Assembly (NCBI GenBank): GCA_029879735.1
Contig: JAOUPS010000001.1
Span: 18,831 to 82,830, forward strand
Direction of reading: 5' to 3'
DNA: 64,000 nt
Source of the DNA: Candidatus Bathyarchaeota archaeon
GTDB lineage: Archaea > Thermoproteota > Bathyarchaeia > Bathyarchaeales > Bathycorpusculaceae
The notes beneath the pieces are model-generated. The model searched no databases. It worked only from the letters and a program-made list of their open reading frames with translations, and was not told where the DNA came from. The position numbers and the translations under genes are program-made. Below are positions 63,999 to 64,000 of this stretch, one piece after another (the stretch's first letter is position 1; each line of letters begins with the position of its first letter).

Positions 63999-64000
63999 TC

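Noticed and set aside
1-64000. CRISPR arrays, rRNA or tRNA genes
   Set aside because: There are no regularly spaced 25-40-bp repeats anywhere. The intergenic gaps (for example 10.8-11.5, 28.6-29.1, 41.9-42.4, 44.6-44.8, 46.8-47.2 and 53.2-53.6 kb) contain no tRNA-like acceptor/T-arm sequences or rRNA-like stretches that I could recognise by eye.

Overview
The window looks like an archaeal chromosome segment. Supporting genes are an Sm-like protein, a Rio2 kinase, ThiI, an archaeal-type UMP kinase, a HerA/NurA pair and four-subunit 2-oxoacid:ferredoxin oxidoreductases. By eye it is moderately AT-rich, and all family calls are motif-level reading of the ORF track; nothing was searched or computed. 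Layout: (1) 1-3.9 kb holds the permease and ATPase genes of a peptide-type ABC importer. (2) 4-39.5 kb is a large amino-acid/organic-acid catabolic supercluster. It carries four or five class-I aminotransferases, two 2-oxoacid:ferredoxin oxidoreductase operons and two succinyl-CoA-synthetase-like pairs. It also carries an aspartate racemase, three maleate-isomerase-like paralogs, RraA-like, RidA, ornithine-cyclodeaminase-like, AstE/AspA-like and creatininase-like genes. A degraded ammonia-lyase, AcnX and two D-2-hydroxyacid dehydrogenases complete the set. (3) Accessory material is interspersed at 21.7-24.5 and 35.3-46 kb. It includes two diverged IS5-family elements, three progressively truncated copies of a ParB-like gene, UPF0175/DUF3368 and VapBC toxin-antitoxin pairs, and a retropepsin-like protease module. 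(4) 47-51.3 kb is a housekeeping block. (5) 51.3-53.6 kb is a 2.3-kb insert bounded by a 15-bp direct repeat of the pyrH 3-prime end, carrying a three-gene operon of unknown function. (6) 53.6-64 kb holds PadR, two ABC exporters, Nudix, HerA/NurA-like, flavodoxin-like and Tag genes. The strongest signal not explained by genes is a short alternating (CG)n palindrome, often extended to GCGCGCTAG/A. It recurs about 20 times almost exclusively between genes. Both IS copies are inserted in it, and it lies exactly at the ends of truncated genes and small cassettes. No CRISPR array, rRNA or tRNA was seen.
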